Of a stretch of 64,000 nucleotides of DNA, positions 61,785 through 64,000 are shown piece after piece. The notes below the pieces were generated by a model. It worked only from the letters and a program-made list of their open reading frames with translations, had not been told where the DNA came from and did not search any database. The translations under genes and the position numbers were made by a program. The DNA comes from Squalus acanthias (taxonomy: Eukaryota), in NCBI GenBank assembly GCA_030390025.1, contig CM059432.1:24492001-24556000 (forward strand). Direction: 5' to 3'. How positions within the stretch are numbered: position 1 is the stretch's first letter; every line of letters begins with the position of its first letter.

Positions 61785-62622
61785 GAACTATGTAGAATTA
61801 TATAGAATACACAGCACAGAAACAGGCCATTCGGTCCAACTAGTCTGTGCTGGTGTTAATATTCAACACAAGTCTCCTCCCATTCCATCTACCTCCTCAG
61901 CCTTTCAGCATATCTTTCTATTCCCTTTTCTCTCATGTACTCATCTAGTTTTCTTTTGAAAGCATCTTAGCTATTTGCCTCAACCACTTCCTGTGGTAGC
62001 AAGTTCCACATTCTAACCACTCTCTGAGTAAAGAAATTTCTCCTTATTTCCCTATTGGATTTATTAGTAACTATCTTGTATTTATGGCCCCTGGTTTTGG
62101 ATTCTCCCACAAGTGGAAACATTCTCTCCACATCTACCCTGTCCAACCCATTCAAAATTTTAAAGACCTTTATCAGGTCTCCTCTAAGTCTTCTATTTTC
62201 TAAAGAAAAAAGCCTCAACCTGTTCAATCTTTCCCAATAGCTGTAATCTCTCAGTTCTGGTAGCATTCTTGTAAATCTTTTTTGCACTTTCTCAAGTGCT
62301 TCTGTGCCCTTTTTACAGCATGGAGACCAGAACTGTACACAGTACTCTATGTGTGGCCTGACCAGGGTCCTCTTCAAGTTTAACATAACTTTTGAATTCA
62401 ATAACCCTCAAAACAAATCCCAGTGCTTTTAATTGCTTTGCTGACCTGCAATGTTTTTAATGATTTGTTTACCTGTATCCCTAGATCTCTTTGCTCTTCG
62501 ACCCCATTCAGTTTCTTATTTTCTAAGGTGTAGGTGATGTTTCTATTTTTCCTACCAAAGTGCATCTCCTCACATTTATCTATGTTAAAGTTCATCTGCC
62601 ACTTAACTGCCCAGTCTGCATT
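61785..62622 (-). mobile_element. CR1 3' fragment
   Basis: LVRPHIEYCVQFWSP..NFFTQRVVRMWN. Confidence 0.9.
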
Positions 62623-62820
62623 GCTCAGAGCGACTTTAACTTAATGGCCCCAATTGAAAGACTCATGCGCGTTTCCCGGCCCTATTAAATGGTGCGGGTT
62701 TGCTGACTTGTTTCCAGCACCAATATTTAAAGCAGCCTTGCACTCAAATCGTTTGAAGTTTGCTAGAGGGGGGTGGAACCTGACAAACAAACACCACAGT
62801 AATCGTATAAAGTTGCAAGG

Positions 62821-64000
62821 ATGGATAGCCAAAGGCAGAGGGCGGCACCATGCTTTTCAGACTCATCGCTGCATACTCTGGTGGAGGCTGTCAGAGCACG
62901 CAGGGAGGTCCTAGTCCCTACTGATAGGCGAAAGAGACCTCCACAAGTATTGAAATGCTTCAATTATCTCATGAGATCAGGAAAGATGAGTGCAATGCCA
63001 CCCTTACCTTCATCCTGATGTGCCTGTCAACACATCCCCATTACTCTGCCTTCCCATTCCTCACACCAACCTACCTTGCAGGTCCACCCATCCCTCTCTC
63101 TCTATGTACATACTCACATCCCCATCTGACTAACCATCCCTCACACTTACCCTCATCCTAATGCAATCATAGCAAGTAACACCACAGAAGGAGGCTATTT
63201 GGCATTGGCACCCCACTCCCTCATAGTCACCATCTACAGATGTAACCCATTCATTCCTTACACTCATTTCATCACTCTCACTCAAACTTCTCTTCTTTCC
63301 CTTCTTGCAGGAGAAAAGAACCCAGAACAACAGAGAGAGGCAGAGAACCGGAGGTGGCCCTCCAGTCTTCGCACAACTAACAGCGAAGAGCAGGGGACTC
63401 TGGAGATCTCGGGAGTTTGAGAGATGCTGGCAGTGGGAGACGGAGAGAGGGGGACATCCCAGCAACCTGGTGACAGAATCACATCTCATACAGCCACATG
63501 GCATTCAACAGTCACTCTTATGGTGACTGATGTCAGCAGTCAGTGAAATGTCATCATGTGCATAATGGTAACATTACCCATTCTTATTATAAGACTTCTA
63601 ATTCATCTCTTTACTCTCCCACGGGTACATCAACTGCCTGCCCCCACTGTCCAGCTGAAGTAGCAAGATCACTTCTCAGAGGAACCCCCAGCTTCTGAGG
63701 GTGCAACGTCAGCAGCCCCAAGCACACCTACCACTAGTGCAGATACGCACACCTCAGTGGGTCCTTTGCGCCATAGAGTAGAGTTGTCACCTGATGTCTC
63801 ACACATCACAAGTGAGCAAGAGCAGGTGGTGTTGACAGGGACAGCAGTGGAGACTCCTCGCCGGAGGGCGCAGGACGCTCCAAGCTCTGCTGAGCTGCAT
63901 ACAGACGTTGAGCCTCTGGGGCCATCGAGAAAGAGGGTGATCTTGGAAGGGCAGCAACAATTGCATGAGCCTCTAACATCTTTTACAGCCGTGATGTCTG
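62821..64000 (+). pseudogene. Spliced Harbinger Myb/SANT-like gene relic (element runs off the window end)
   Basis: Exon 1 MDSQRQRAAPCFSDSSLHTLVEAVRARREVL..KCFNYLMRSGK with mutated donor (atgagt); acceptor ttgcag at 63310; exon 2 EKRTQNNRERQRTGGGPP. Confidence 0.7.

Overview
Vertebrate genomic DNA, most likely from a cartilaginous fish (shark); this is inferred from the repeat families. It is almost entirely transposable elements and contains no host gene I can name, only a few weak candidate exons. CR1-clade LINEs dominate. Four copies keep their 5' ends and zinc-finger/leucine-zipper/SGNH-esterase ORF1, and a ~14-kb nested cluster sits at 40-54 kb. Also present are a young Penelope-like element (PLE) in inverted arrangement, short non-coding PLE-like elements with minimal hammerhead-ribozyme cores, a Tigger/pogo transposon, two solo LTRs, PIF/Harbinger relics and MITEs, L2 and Vingi-like LINE fragments, and two SINE families. 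Two observations stand out. (1) A ~234-bp non-coding palindrome with a hammerhead core copies the insertion architecture of the protein-coding PLE: inverted arms, a one-sided tail, a long TSD and 4-nt junction microhomology. (2) CR1 5' UTRs carry tandem monomer arrays (43-bp and 63-bp) that share a core motif, followed by a conserved CRE-like + CCAAT + double splice-donor cassette. Coordinates were read by eye and may be off by a few bases. No database search was run.
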